Part shown: positions 37,227 through 50,239 of the stretch, one piece after another
How positions within the stretch are numbered: position 1 is the first letter of the stretch
Layout: each line of letters begins with the position of its first letter
Assembly (NCBI GenBank): GCA_028534125.1
Contig: CM052816.1
Location: 11,596,001-11,660,000 of the forward strand
Reading direction: 5' to 3'
Source of the DNA: Lama glama
Lineage: Eukaryota
DNA length: 64,000 nucleotides
Made by a program: the position numbers and the translations under genes
Notes under the pieces: model-generated
Databases searched by the model: none
The model's input: the letters and a program-made list of their open reading frames with translations, nothing else
Told to the model about the DNA's origin: nothing

Positions 37227-37463
37227 TTTTTTTTTCTTTTTCATTGAAGTGTAGTTGATCTACAATATTAATTTCAGGTGTACAGCAAAGCGGTTCAGTG
37301 ATATATATATATGTTTATTTATATACACAGATGTATACATACAGATATTCAGATTCTCTTCCATTATAGTTTATTACAAAAAATTTGAGTATAGTTTTTG
37401 GGCTATAAAGTAGGTTCTTGTTTATCTATTTTACATATAATAGTGTGTATCTGTTAATTCCAA
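37227..37463 (-). mobile_element. Young L1 3' UTR fragment nested in the old L1
   Basis: Poly-T, then attgaagtgtagttgatctacaatatt...tttcaggtgtacagcaaagcggttcag...tatctattttacatataatagtgtgtatctgttaattccaa. Confidence 0.8.
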
Positions 37464-37498
37464 TGTATTCCTTTGACTCGTCACTTTTATCTGTACAA

Positions 37499-37990
37499 CA
37501 GATGTTCTCAAAGTGTGGTTCATTGGCGGCCCCTGAAACCCTTTCAGGAAGGCTATGATGGCGAAAATATTTTCCTAATAGCGCCAAGACTTTGCTGTTG
37601 CACTCTTGCTTTCTCATGAGTGCACATGAACTTCACCTTCCAGAGGCTGCATGATGTGTGATGTTGTTGTTCCTCTAATGGCTTATGAAAAGTGTGAAAC
37701 ACATATGAAAGTCCAGCTGTCTTCTAATAAGTGAGACCTTAAAGGAATTTCCAAAAATGTGAAATGATGCCACTCTTACTGTATTTTTTGGGCACAGTAT
37801 TATTTTTCATAAAAATGTTATTTATGTTTTCATGTAATAAGCTTATTATTATTTTAAATAAATATCTTCTCAGTTTTAATTTCTAATATGGAAAATATTG
37901 ATACATGTAACTCAAACAAAGATTTTCTGAGATTCTCAAAAATTTTAGAAGTACAGGGATTTGGGAGGCCAAAAGATTTGAGGACCACTT
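37499..37990. mobile_element. hAT-Charlie non-autonomous DNA transposon with 8-bp TSD
   Basis: Termini CAGATGTTCTCAAA and TTTGAGGACCACTT (consensus CAGTGGTTCTCAAA). 8-bp TSD CTGTACAA (37491-37498) / CTGTGCAA (37991-37998), the hAT-typical length. Confidence 0.85.
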
Positions 37991-40181
37991 CTGTGCAACG
38001 TTAGTGAATTTATTCTCCTTTCCATTTCCCCTCTCCTTTCTCTACTTTGATTCACAAATTTACTTTGTCAAATCATACTGCATTTTATACTTTTCGGCTC
38101 TTTTCTCCAATTTTGTTTTAATCTTAAATCAAATTAAGTATGTTAAATCCTCTCCATCACTTCTTTTGCCTAAATTTCCTCAGTCATAACTTGGTTGGAT
38201 GAAATTCAGCCTCTAGCAGATTCTTCAAGGATTCATGAATACAGAATTCTCCATGTTCTTGAATGTGTAAAACTGTTTTTTAGTGTTTACTTCTTACCTA
38301 TGTCTTGATACTGAACAACAGCTTAGCTAGATATAAAATCCTTGGTTCACATTTTCCCCCTTGATTTTCTTGGCTAATGTTGCTTGCTTCTTGCCTTGAT
38401 TTGTATGTTGCTCTTGAGAATATTGATACCAGTTAAATTCTTTTGCTGTTTCAAAAATTTTAGTCTTTTTGCCTGCCTGGAGACCTGAGGTTTTTTTCCC
38501 TTTATATGAAAAGTTGAATAGGTTTACTAGGTAGATCTGAGGGTTGATCATCCCGGCTGAACTTTTCCAGGTTCCTGGTGGGCCCGTTTAGTATATTGAT
38601 TGAGATATTTTATCATTTCCTGAAAGTTTTCATGGATTATATTTTAAAATACTAGTTCTATTCCATTGGGTTTTTCTTTTCTTTCTCAGAAAGTCTGATC
38701 ATGTGTAATCAAATCTCCTTTGTGTGTCTTCCAGCTAAAGTACTTTCTTTTTGACCCTTTTAAATGTTTTTTTTAATCTTATTTTTATTGGTTGTTTTTC
38801 TACTTTTCTTCATTTCTTCTTATTAAGTGTTCGTTCAAATATAATCTTCCCAGCACAACTTGTAATTTAATTTTTCATTTCAGAGATGATTTTTCTTTTT
38901 CCATTTCTTTCTGTCAGCCTTTATTTCTTCCTGTTTTATGGCCATTTCTGATCCTTAGATTTTGATCATGTGATTTAAGGTATTTTTTCATATTCCCACA
39001 TGTTTGCTTGAAAATACTGGATTTGGTTTGGAATGTTGTGTTAGTTTCTTCTGCTCTTTGTTGTTTTTAGGCTGGTGTGGGGGAAATTTTACTAGTTTAA
39101 TTGTTTCAATTTTAAGTTTGATTTTATTCCAAGTATGTATAAATGTACACTGGTTTGGAATCTATTTTGTGGATCAGCTTGAGAATTGGGGAAGATTACA
39201 GGTGTTAAATTCAAGAGCTGTCACTTCTATGTGAAGTACAGCTTCTTTAATGTCTGTCTGTCTGTCATCTATGTGTATCTGTCAGAGTGGCACAGTTGCA
39301 GTGTATTCCCCAATTTTTAAATTTTCTTCTGTCAGCTAGAGTACCACATTTCTTTCGTACGCTTCTTTTATCCTCACCGCTGCAGTCTCTAAAGTGGTTT
39401 CTTTTTTTCCCTCTTCAAATGTTGTGCCTTTCTGGGGCTGCCACCTTGGGCCCTGCACACCTTGAAGTCTCTTCCCTATAGTTGTTACTATTACTAAGTT
39501 TTCTCATGACTAGTATGGACTTTCTTTTTCTGGAGGTGATTTTAATTCAATTTTAGGCAACCCACCTCCGTTGGAGGAGATCGTGACTGCCAGTTGACCC
39601 TCCAGCCGGACCGGCAGTGGGAGAGGCCGTGTCCCCTCCCCTCTCCCTGGAGTATGCGTTTTACTGTGTTGTTGAGACTGGGTGGTCCACATGACTGAAT
39701 TCAGTTAAGGCCTCTACATAAACTTTTAAGATTCTGGCAGGTGGGGTTAGAGATCTTGCCTTGTGGGCTGCCCAGGACAAACCTCGTGGGTAAGTTCTGT
39801 ATTGGGGGCTAGTTTTGAGTTTCAGGGGAACTTCCAAGGATGTGAAACAACAACACTTCTCTCTCCTCCCCCGGTTTTCTTGGACTTCTCTCCCTCTCCA
39901 CAGATGCTTTCAGTGGGACCTGGTGTCCCCCACCTTCTAGTTAGGCTGAAGAGATGGGTTTTCTGTGGTAGTATTTGTTCTTCTGGTTAATACGTATAGT
40001 TTGTGGAGTGATTCTGACCTAGGTGCCACCGTCTTCCTCAGCCCATCCAGAAGCAGAGATCCTTAAATGTGAGGCAACCAAATAAATCACCTCCCCCTCC
40101 ATAACATAGACCTAATTTATTTTCTTTATTTACCAAGTCCGAGATATTTTCTTCAGTTAACCTTATAGTTCTGTTGCCTTT

Positions 40182-40287
40182 ATGCATTTTTAAAAATTGA
40201 AGCTTAGCTGATTTACAATATTATATTAGTATATTAGTTCAGGTGTACAGCATAGTGATTCAGTGTTTTTGCAGATTATACTCCATT
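40182..40287 (-). mobile_element. Short L1 3' terminal fragment with probable TSD
   Basis: aattgaagcttagctgatttacaatattatattag...ttcaggtgtacagcatagtgattcagt...gcagattatactccatt, flanked by TGTTGCCTTT at 40172-40181 and 40288-40297. Confidence 0.75.
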
Positions 40288-40299
40288 TGTTGCCTTTTT

Positions 40300-41010
40300 T
40301 ATCTCAAACCTGTCAAGAGTTTTGCTTTTTAAATGGTGTTAGGAAGGGATCCAGTTTTATTTTCCTCCATGTAGTGGATGAGTTTTTCTTATACCTTCTT
40401 GTAAACAATCAATTTTTTTTATTTATATGCGTTTTGTCATACATGGGGTATTCATATACACATGACTGTGTTTCCAAGATACTTACTCTGTCCCATTGGT
40501 CTATTTCTCTGTTACTACAGCTTTATGGCGTGTCTTTATATCTGGTGGCCAACTTTAAAATTTTCTGTTTTATAGTTAGCTAATGCGTTGACCTTTTTTC
40601 TTCCATGTAAATTTTACAGTAAATATGATAAATTTCTCAAAGGTGTTCAGGTTGAAGTTTGGGAGTTTATTGGTTAGTGATGGGAATAGTTACATTTTAA
40701 AAATGACTATAATTTCCATTTATTCTGATTATTTTTGATGTCCTTTATTAGATTTTAAAATTATTCTTCTAGAGAGGTATTGAATTTTATTGCTTAGCTG
40801 AATTCCTAAATATTTAAGGTTTATTGCTCTTCCTGTTCACTATATTTTCTATTGGTTATTGCTGGTGTTGAGGTACACCATTGATTTTTGTAGGTCACTC
40901 ATATATCAACAACACTGCTAAGCTCTGATTTTTTCTAATAGTTTGTATTTAGATTAAGTTGGTTTTTCTAAGTAGGTGATCATATATAATCTATCAATAA
41001 TGCTTCTCTT
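40300..41010 (-). mobile_element. Old L1 fragment
   Basis: aatggtgttaggaagggatccagttttattttcctccatgta...ttttctattggttattgctggtgt...ccattgatttttgtagg. Confidence 0.6.
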
Positions 41011-41634
41011 TCTCACCATGGCATTTTGAGCATTTTATTTTATACTTGAGTAAAATAAAAGAAAAGACAGCAGTGTTAGATTTGTTCTCTGCTGCCCATG
41101 AACTTCAATTATTCTTACATGTACTATCCAGTGTGATTATTAGAGAGTTGAGCAGCACCTGTGTGTGTGTATGTATTTTAAGATAGTATTGTGTTAAAAC
41201 TTATTATGAATCCAAAAAAAAGTCATTCTTCGTAACAAAGAGGAGAAAGTATTCAGCCTTCGAAGGCCAAATGAACTAAGGAGGAAAGACATTTCTCTGA
41301 AATCTTCTCTTTTGTATAGTATCTGTTGATCTTGGTGAACTAACAAAACTCAAACATTGTCTAACTTACTTACTCGATTTGAATTAATTTTTTCTTGTCA
41401 TTGTTTTTATTACACAATTTGTTACTTTAAGTAACACATTAAAACATTTTAGTTATAAATGATTCAAGTCATATAATTCAAATGATGTAAAACTAGACAG
41501 AACACAAGCGTCTCCTTTTATCTTATTTGTGTCCACTTCCCTTTCCTTCTGTTGTCGACAGTTTTCTGTGCATCTTTCATCCCCCTTTCTTTATATTTAA
41601 ATACATAAGTATATCTGTTGCACAATTTTTTCCT

Positions 41635-41950
41635 TCAGTTACTTTTAAGATACATTCTTTATTGACATACAACTCACATACCATAAAATTCAGCATTTTA
41701 AAGTGTACAATTCATTGGGTTTTAGTATTTTCAGAAAGTTATACAACCATTGTCACTACCTACTTTCAGAACATTTTTATCACCCCCAAAGAAACCCCAT
41801 ACCTGTTAATAGTCACACCGTTTCTCCCTTTCCACAGCCTCTGACTGCCACTAAAAAACTTGCTGTCATTGTGGATTTGTGTAGTTTGGATATGGCATGT
41901 AAGTGGAATCAAACAATATGCAATCTTTTTTTACTTAGCTGCACATGACT
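41635..41950 (-). mobile_element. L1MB-like 3' end
   Basis: ctttattgacatacaactcacataccataaaattcagcattttaaagtgtacaattca...ttcagaacatttttatcacccccaaagaaacccc. Confidence 0.85.
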
Positions 41951-42809
41951 TTTTAAAATAATTAGTAATGGGGTCATAATAAGCATATTGTGATTCTTTC
42001 TTTTTCCTCTTAATATTCCTTTCGCATCATCTTAGGTATTTCAGTGTGATTATTTTTAATGGCAGTATAGTATACGCAGACCAGATGCATCCTAGCTGAC
42101 TCAAGCATTCCGTTATTGATGGGTATATGAGTTGGAACAGTCAGTTTTATCAGCCATCCCACACTGAAATTTGTTTTTGATATCTATAATGTATATGTGC
42201 AAGAGCCTTACCTACCAGGGGAATCTACAAAGTAATAATAGTGCCCACTTTAAAAACTTAATGGGCAGATAAAACAAGGTATTACCAGTGCTTTGAACAA
42301 TGCCTGGCAAATAGCAGACCCTCAATAAATGCTAGCTATTCTTACTATTACAGAAATACTCAGATCTGCAGTAGCATGGAAGAGGTTTTGTGATACCATA
42401 ATGAGTATAAAAAAAAAACCCCAGTAAAATAGTGTATATTCTTTGGTTGCAATTTTGTGAAAACTCTATCTGCTTATGAATAAAAACTTAAGGAAATATT
42501 TATATGTGGAAAGAGTTACTTTGCTACGATGATGGTGTCAGGGGTTGCCTTTTTGTTTTCAGACGTCTTTCAAAATGTTTTATCAGTATAAAATTAAAAG
42601 AAATGTAGAAGAAGAAATCTTGACTTGCCTTTGAAGGAGAAAGAGGTTCCCAAGCATCTGCATACTGGGGTCCCCCACTCCAGAGTGGCTCTGATAGGAA
42701 CGAGTCAAGGCTGAGGTAGCTCACCATGGTTTTTTCCAACATAATCTGAAGGCTTCGTCATGGTTTTCTCTCCCTTCATTTTAAATATCTTTGCTTTCTC
42801 CCTTGGGTT

Positions 42810-43860
42810 ATGCATCCATCCTTTCAACAGATAGTTACTGAGAGCCCACCTTGTTCTAGGCACCGGATAGACATTAGTGAACTCTGGTGAACAATGTAGA
42901 AGTTCTTGAGTTTTGCATTAGAGTGCAAGTCTTAGACCTAAACCAACAAATAAAGAAAATATCAATGATAAGTGCTATTCAGACAATTAAAATGCAATGA
43001 TGTGATGTCTGACATGCTGACAACTTTAGACTGGTCGTCAAGAAGTCTTCCCTGTAGAGACGTTTACCTTTTAAGGCTCAAGTGACAAGATGCTGTCCAT
43101 GGGAAGATCATGAGAAGGAACATTTCAGGAGAGTGAACTGCAACACCCGAAGGCTCTAGAGCAGAAACCAGCTTGTTGGGTGTGAAGTACGGAAAATGGA
43201 CCAGTATGTGGCTGTGTAAGTGGTGGGTGAAGTGGGAGCAGGATGAGGTCAGAGGAGGAGGCAGGAATCAGATCCTGTGGGACTTCGTAAGCTAGGGCAT
43301 GGTGTTTGTTTTATTCTAAGCAGGGTGGGAAGCATTGGATGGTTTTGAGTAGGAGAGTGATTTGCTTGGATCTGTTTCTAAAAACATCTAACTGGCTGTT
43401 GTGTGGGAAGTGGTTTTAGGGAGAGTGGAATTAGGGAGATCAGTTGGGGTTCTAGGCAGGAGAGATGAAGATGACTCAGGATAGGGTAGGAGCAGTGCAG
43501 AAGGAAAAAATGGTTGTTGGGGCTCTTTTGAAGAGTTGCCTGGACCTGCCGCTGAATTGTGGGGCCTGGAGGAAATAAATGAGCCAAAGATAAGTCCTAG
43601 AATTTTGGCTTGAGTCATCAGGTGAATGGTGATGCTGTTGACTCTCAAGAAGACAGAAGACTGTCTGGAGAATAAAAACAAGTTCTGCTTTGGTTGTAGT
43701 AAAGATTCATATTAGATGTCCAGCTGGAAATGACAAAGACTTGATTATGTGAGTGTGGATTTCCAGGGGAGAGAGAGAGGTCCTTAATACGTGGTATTAA
43801 AACCTTGGGTTTGGGTGGGTTTAGCTAGAGGGAGTGTGTAGCTAAAGAAGAAAAAGAGGC
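42810..43860 (-). mobile_element. L2 LINE, about 1 kb
   Basis: catccatcctttcaacagatagttactgagagcccacc...gggaagcattggatggttttgagtaggagagtga...gcaggagagatgaagatgactcagg...gatgctgttgact. Confidence 0.8.
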
Positions 43861-44827
43861 CCCATCTTGTACTTTCAGAGTGAGGCAGTTCTGATGTCTG
43901 ACTTCAGATGGACCCAGAAGCTCCCCCTGCTCCTGATGAGAGAGATGACAGGAAGCTACATCATTTTATTTTCGAGTGACTGTGGCTAGGGTCCCTTCTG
44001 GACTAAGGTATTAATAAGGAAGGAGGGGAGAGGATTAGTGATGGATCCACGGCAAAGCAGACCTGAGCTCTGCTAAGACTGACAGTGGTGGGATGGAGCT
44101 GGTGCGTTCATGGACCAGGAGAAGATACCAAAAAAGTGGAGACTGGAGGTCTAAAATCAGACCTGCTACACTAGTTTTGCTCAGGATGGTGTTGTAGTCA
44201 GCTCGGGAGGTGTCAGCCGTGTTTCCTCCATGAGATCAGAGATAGAACAACTTTCTCACTCAGGTACTGGGCCCAGCAGAGCTCACGGCACCATGTCACA
44301 ATCTTTGCATGGTTTTCTGGCCATGCATGGAGGCTGCTGTACACAGTGTCCTTGGTGCTGATCTGCTGGGAATTTTCCACAAAAGCACACGAGGATTTGT
44401 CCCACCCGACTGAGAAGGCTGTTTTTCTGGATGGATCTCTCTTTATGCATGAGGAAACTTGGCACTGGCGAAGCGGTAGCTTATTTTTCTTTTTTGTTTG
44501 GTTTCATTTTGTGCTTCAGAAATAGAACAGATTAAGCATTACTTGCTTTTAAAGGCTCCAGCTCTCCCTACAGCATGACTTTAAATTCTGTTCTCCCCAG
44601 GCGAGAATGTGGAAAAACATCTCTACTAGCTTTTGTTAAAAGCAAATGCAAATGCAGGGAAAACTTGGGAGGGACTTTTTTAGTTTAATTTAATTTATAT
44701 GCCTTTGAAAATAAATCTCTTCTTCCCACCAAAATATACATGCTCATTGTAAAGAAATTAGAACAAATCAGTAAAAATGCAAAGAAGGAAAAAAATTGGA
44801 TGATAATGAAAATGATGAAATAAGATT

Positions 44828-44960
44828 ACGTTAGAGCTGGAAGGGTTCTTAGACATAATCTAACCAAACTCAAGAAACTATTTTATAAATGATAAAACTG
44901 GGCCTCAGAGAAGTTAAGTGACCTGTTTGAGGTCACATGGCTAATAAGAAGAATTAGAAT
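44828..44960 (-). mobile_element. MIR SINE
   Basis: ttagagctggaagggttcttagac...attttataaatgataaaactgggcctcagagaagttaagtgacctgtttgaggtcacatggcta. Confidence 0.75.
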
Positions 44961-45642
44961 CTTTTCTCTTCTTGATTAATCTTTTTCTATTATACCAGGG
45001 ATTTAAAAAATCATTTTCCCTTTGAGTGATGAGACTCTTTAAGAAAAATCTTACTTAGACGCCCAACATATAAAACAAGGATGTTCTAGTTAGGTGGGAG
45101 CAGATTGGGACGGGGGCTGCAGGTCTGTTGTCCGCACCCCCACGACCCCAAATTCTTTGGAGACGCCCCTATAGAACACCTTAGATTTTCTGGGGCAACA
45201 TTTGATACATCTCATACTCATTATGAGTATGACTCATACCTGACGCCATTCATTCATTTTTTCACCAGTTATTTATTGAGTGTTGATATGTGCCAAGCAT
45301 TTTTTGAGGTGAAAGGAATATGTACAGTCTTGAACAGAACAGGCAAAAGGAAAGGCCAGTGAGTAGGGCGCGGTGGGGTTGGTGTAGCACACAGGCTGTC
45401 TCTCCTGGGCTCTGTCTCCTTCTGGTCTCTCGCAGCCTTTTCTGTTCCTTCCATGTAGTTTTCGATATCCCTTAGCATTTGAATCAGGGACAACGCTTGA
45501 TCTAAAACATCCAGCAAGTCCTATTTTTTCATCGTTCTGAAAAGACCCAACGTTTCTGAATGTCATTCGGAGCCACCCATTTCTCTGATAGCAGGCTTAG
45601 TAGTCACCCTGAGACTAATTTCAGTTTCTTTAAAAAAAAAAA

Positions 45643-45758
45643 TTTTTTTTTTGGTGGGGAGGTAATTAGGCTTATTTATTTTAATGAAGGTACTGAGGAT
45701 TAAACCCAGGACCTCATGCATGCTAAGCATGCACTGTACCCCTGAGCTATACCCTCCC
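45643..45758 (-). mobile_element. tRNA(Ala)-derived camelid-type SINE (vic-1-like)
   Basis: Reverse complement reads GGGAGGGTATAGCTCAGGGGTACAGTGCATGCTTAGCATGCATGAGGTCCTGGGTTTAATCCTCAGTACC...AAATAAATAAGCCTAATTACCTCCCC plus an A tail. Confidence 0.9.
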
Positions 45759-45910
45759 ACACTGCCCCTTGTTTTTGCTTTTATTAGAGATGAGGAACTT
45801 GTCAATTCCAAAGACTGCCATTTCAGCATTTTTTGGACAAACTTAGTAAGGAATCTACACATCCTAATTTAATACAGATTACAACAAAATCTCATGTCTG
45901 GTGGAAATGT

Positions 45911-46056
45911 TCCATGTTGCTGCAAATGGCATTATTTTATTCTTTTTTATGGCTAAGTAACGTTCTATTGTATATACATGCCGCAACTTTATCCAGTCAT
46001 CTGTTGAGGAACATTTAGGTTATTTCCATGTCTTGGCAATTGTAAATAGTGTTGCT
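45911..46056 (-). mobile_element. L1 ORF2 C-terminal fragment (inverted part of a probable twin-primed insertion)
   Basis: tccatgttgctgcaaatggcattattttattc...gtttccatgtcttggcaattgtaaatagtgttgct aligns with 55762-55990 of the other young L1. Confidence 0.85.
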
Positions 46057-46337
46057 TTTCTTTCTTTCTTTTTTTTTTTTTTTTGAATAATTTCTATTTT
46101 GGTGATCTGGTCAGCTGCTTAATGATGCATCTTAAAACATCTTCCCATGTCAAAAAAAACTCTTCTCTCCAAGATAATATTTTTTCACTAAAAAACAGAA
46201 CATTTGTTTTGTCCAGATCTATTGTCTTTGTCAGTCACAAATTTTATTGTCCTTACCAGTTTTTATATTACTTTTCGTTTACAAAGCATTATTATCTCAT
46301 TTAATTCTCACAGCTACCCAGTGAGTTCATTAAGATT

Positions 46338-46780
46338 ATTTGTAGCAAAATGGATGACCCTGAAGATGATCATTCTAAGTGAAGTCAGCCAGAAAGAGAA
46401 ACAAAAATACCATATAATATCACTCATATGTGGAATCTAAAAAAAGAGAAAAAGAGGACACTAATGAACTCATCTACAGAACCAGAAACAGGCTCGCTTG
46501 CAGACATAGGAAACAATCTTACCAGGGGAAAAGGGTTGGGAAGGGATAAATTTGAGAGTTTGAGATTTGCAAATGTTACCCACTATGTATAAAAATAGAT
46601 TTAAAAAAAAAAAACAAATTTCTTCTGTATAGCACAGGGAACTATATTCAATATCTTGTAATAACCTTTAATGAAAAAGACTATGAAAATGAATATATAT
46701 GTATATGCATGACTGGAACATTGTGCTGTACACCAGAAATTGACACGTTATAACTGACTATACACTTCAGTTAAAAAAAA
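46338..46780 (+). mobile_element. Young L1 3' end (end of ORF2, 3' UTR and poly-A)
   Basis: The ORF track gives FVAKWMTLKMIILSEVSQKEKQKYHIISLICGI*, the L1 ORF2 C-terminus, followed by the 3' UTR and A8. Confidence 0.9.
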
Positions 46781-47215
46781 TGTGCTTGCAAGTCATATAA
46801 ACCAACTTAAGTGTCTTAAATAAGAAAAGGGGATTGAGGAGGGCTGATGGAAGATGATGGGATTTGCCATGGAACCTGTGAGCAGGGCTGTAGCTGGGCA
46901 TCTGGGAGGGCGCGGAAAGCAGTCACGACTCTCTTGGTCCCCTCTCAGCGTCTTTGTCTGCGTTTTTAGGCGTTTTGTGCAGATTGTCTTCCTGTGCTGA
47001 TCAGCATAAGTGAACTCTAGTTGCTAATAGTGTGAGGTTCCATGTTTCGGGCTCAGTTCTAAATATTATCAGGAAGAGAAGTGTAGTTGGCCAAGAATTG
47101 ACCAGATTTTACTCCTAGTCCAATCGCCTGTAACTTCTGTAGAAAACAGCTGCTGGGGAATCATTTACAAAATGGTACCCATGTACATTGGTGTGAGTTA
47201 AGAGAGGTCACTGTG
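46781..47215 (-). mobile_element. Degenerate MLT1-type LTR
   Basis: cttgcaagtcatataaaccaacttaagtgtcttaaataagaaaagggg...ttggccaagaattgaccag...tccaatc. Confidence 0.45.
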
Positions 47216-48023
47216 AACTACAGATACGTCAAAATGTATCCACTTCGTTAAATTACTCCCATTTTACAGAAGAGGAGATTGAGTCTTAGAGGCACCAAGT
47301 GAATCTCCCAGGTGATAAAGAAATTCATCTCGTATAAGTCTACAGACTCCAATCCCAGGCGTGCTTTGAGTACAGCAGACTGCTGCTGGTTAACTCCTTG
47401 CACCTGGAAAGTTGCAACAGTAACATCCTATTTGGCTGCAGATCGTTCATCATCTGGTTGCTTGATACATCATGGAAACGGAATTTCCTCACTATCTATT
47501 ACTCTGTCTCCAGGCTGGGAGCTGGATGGACAGATGCAGGTTTTGGAATTTTTTTTCCCTTTTGACTGCTGAGCTCAGATGCTTTGATCCATCCACAGAG
47601 GGAAATTGAGTGAAAACGATCCACATGCCAAAGTGGGCTGGCATCTCATCCCACAGCCTGGCTTTTGTCTCACATCTCTGTGTCTAATGCCAGCAAGGAA
47701 ATTTCCAAGCTCGATTAGCAATGGTTACAGCCCAGTGAACATGCATCCTGAAACCATTTTGCCATGTTTCATCAGTGAGAGCTGTAGCCACCGAACCCAC
47801 TCCTGTGCCAACCAAGGAGGAGGATGCCCCGGGTACCATGACTGTGATTCAAGGCACTTGTTGAATAAAATAGGTCACAATTTTACAGATTTTTTTCCCT
47901 TAAGTTGAAGGAGTAAAATGAGCCACGTGGTTTTGTAAAATACAGCTCTGGAATAACCCTGCAACCTGGAGCTTGCTGGAAGGGTTCCTTTACCTAGAGG
48001 AGCTCAGGTGTCGACGGCAGGTG

Positions 48024-48560
48024 CTGTGGAAATTTGTTGTCTGTCAGTCCAATAACCATTCCTGTCTTCTCCCCTTCTCCCCCTGACTATACCGCCTTTC
48101 TTATGTGGCTTGTGGGTGGGACTGATCCCACACACGGTTCAAAAGATAGGTCCTGATTTATCCATGCCAACCATGTATTCTTACCCCTGGGCTGTGGTTA
48201 TTAATTTGGGTTTAGTCACATGACTCATTTCAGGACAGTGAAAGATCCTGAGACCTGAGTGTATGCTGTTGGAACTGGAATTTGTTTTTCCATAGATGTT
48301 TTAGGATAAGGATATGGTGCCTGAAGATAAGGCCACCGTTTGGTCAGAAGAGTAAACCTCTAGCTGTTGTGTATGTGTGGGGTGTATCTGCCGTCTGGAG
48401 TCTGATAGGGCCGACCCCGTGGGAGGCAGAGCTGAGACAAAGAAGACCAGATACTGAGGGTCCTTGGTAATAATATCTGAGCTGCTGAATCATCACGCTT
48501 CATTGAAAGCCATTTGAGTTGAGTTTTAAATCATTTGCATTAAAAAATTCCTATCAGATA
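48024..48560 (+). mobile_element. Degenerate MLT1-type LTR
   Basis: cagagctgagacaaagaagaccagatac...atctgagctgctgaatca...aagccatttgagttgagtttt...atttgcattaaaaaattcctatcagata. Confidence 0.55.
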
Positions 48561-50239
48561 TAAGTAGTAGCACTAATTGTCTGCCCGGAATGGATTATGT
48601 TTGCTTGGTAGTTGGGCTGCTTCCCAAGGCTTCAAACACTTGTCCTGGATGGCCAGTGGGTGCTGCACAGACCAGTGAAAGGAACGGCGGTTCTCATCCC
48701 CAGCATGTTCCCAGCTTCCCGTTTGTGTGGCTTGTGTACATTTTTGTCAGGGTTGAGAGATGAGTGATTGCTTTATTTTGGCGGTGTTTGCTATCTTTTG
48801 ATAGAAAGGGAAATAATTCTATATCAGTCTGTTCAGTGACTCCCTTTCCTCCCTTGGTGCACCTTGATGAATTTGTCTAGTGAAAGTAGAGCTCAAAGTG
48901 GTATCTTCTCTGACTTTGGGCAGAAAAAATTTCATTAAGTGTGCTCTGGAATACCAGGAGTGTCTTGACGAATCTGCATCACTGAGACAGTTCCTGCCCC
49001 GTGTGAGTACGTGGCTTAGAAGGGTATGCGTGGCTCAATTCTGACTGAGGAGACATGAATGGAGGAAGTCTGCTGGGGGCAAGATTGCTTCAGGGAAGGG
49101 TTCCTCAGCTCTTTGAAGAACAGGGGACCTTGATGTTTCTGAATTGCTTTGCTTTTTGCCTTCTGTTGTGAGATTGTTGTCTCACAGTTCTTACTATGTG
49201 AGGCTGGTTGTTAGTTTTTGTTTTTTTTTCCCCCCTCTTTTCCGTTGTTCATTTAAGTCACAGAAATCATCCTGATGCTGCCAGGACCATATGGAGTGAA
49301 GGAGAGTTGATTCCCCCAAGGAAGGATGCTGAGAGCACCCCCACCCCATGCCCCCAACCTCGATCCCCTGCACACACACAAAAAAAAAAAAAAAAGAGAA
49401 AGAAGGAAGGTAAAGGAAGACTATACTTACTCTAGTTCCTTCACATTTATCTGAATGTCCCAAATCTCTCTGTGTGGCTCTACCCGCAGCTGTAGACAAG
49501 GAGTGTTCTGTGTGATGACCAGATCTGGAGGGCCGTTTTGGGTAGAGCAGTGGTGCTTGAACACTGTACTCAGATGACCGTAAATTTGCTAGCTCACTCT
49601 AGTACATACTTGGGAACCATCCTTTTTATAAGTGACTGCAGGAGTGGTATTTAAGAAAATTTAGGAAGCATTATAGTAATATAAGTTAGTGTGTAAATCA
49701 AGCTATATGTACAAAAATTAAATATCCATTTCTTTTTATTCTCTGAACTGAACTTATAAAACTGCTTACCAAGCAACAGAAGTTGTCGTGCGCACAGCTC
49801 GTTAAAATGAATGCTTCACAGATCAATTGTTGATTTTTCAGATGCTGTTGGTGTGGTCTTCTTTGACATGGCTGTCACATGCTTCAGACACCATGTGGTG
49901 TGACACGGGGAATCACATCCAACTCTTCTCTACAGCTTCCTTTTAATTGATAGTCATTAGATGGCTTGCTGTCTTAAAAAGTAGAGAATTTCTTAAAAAT
50001 CTGTAATACTGTTCATGGTCCTGAGACCCTTTCCAGCTTCTGCTGAACTAAGCAATTACTTTAAAAATTTTTTCTTGATTTTATAATGTTGCCAAAGATT
50101 TTTATATGGTCAAATTATCTCCTATCAGCTAAGCCATGGGACTCATTTACTGGAATGTTACTTTTAATTCAGTTGAAACTATACTTCAGGCCCAACGAGA
50201 GGTGGTCCTGTATTATTACATTGAGTGCACACCCTCTGT

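Larger units (their letters stand above)
33630..39200 (-). mobile_element. Long, highly decayed old L1 (L1ME-like) carrying nested insertions
   Basis: Continuous T-rich L1-antisense character, e.g. gtggtatctcagtgtaattttatttgc, tgtgaaaccatctgggcctggtgctttt, cagcttagctagatataaaatccttggttcaca. No intact ORF. Confidence 0.7.
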
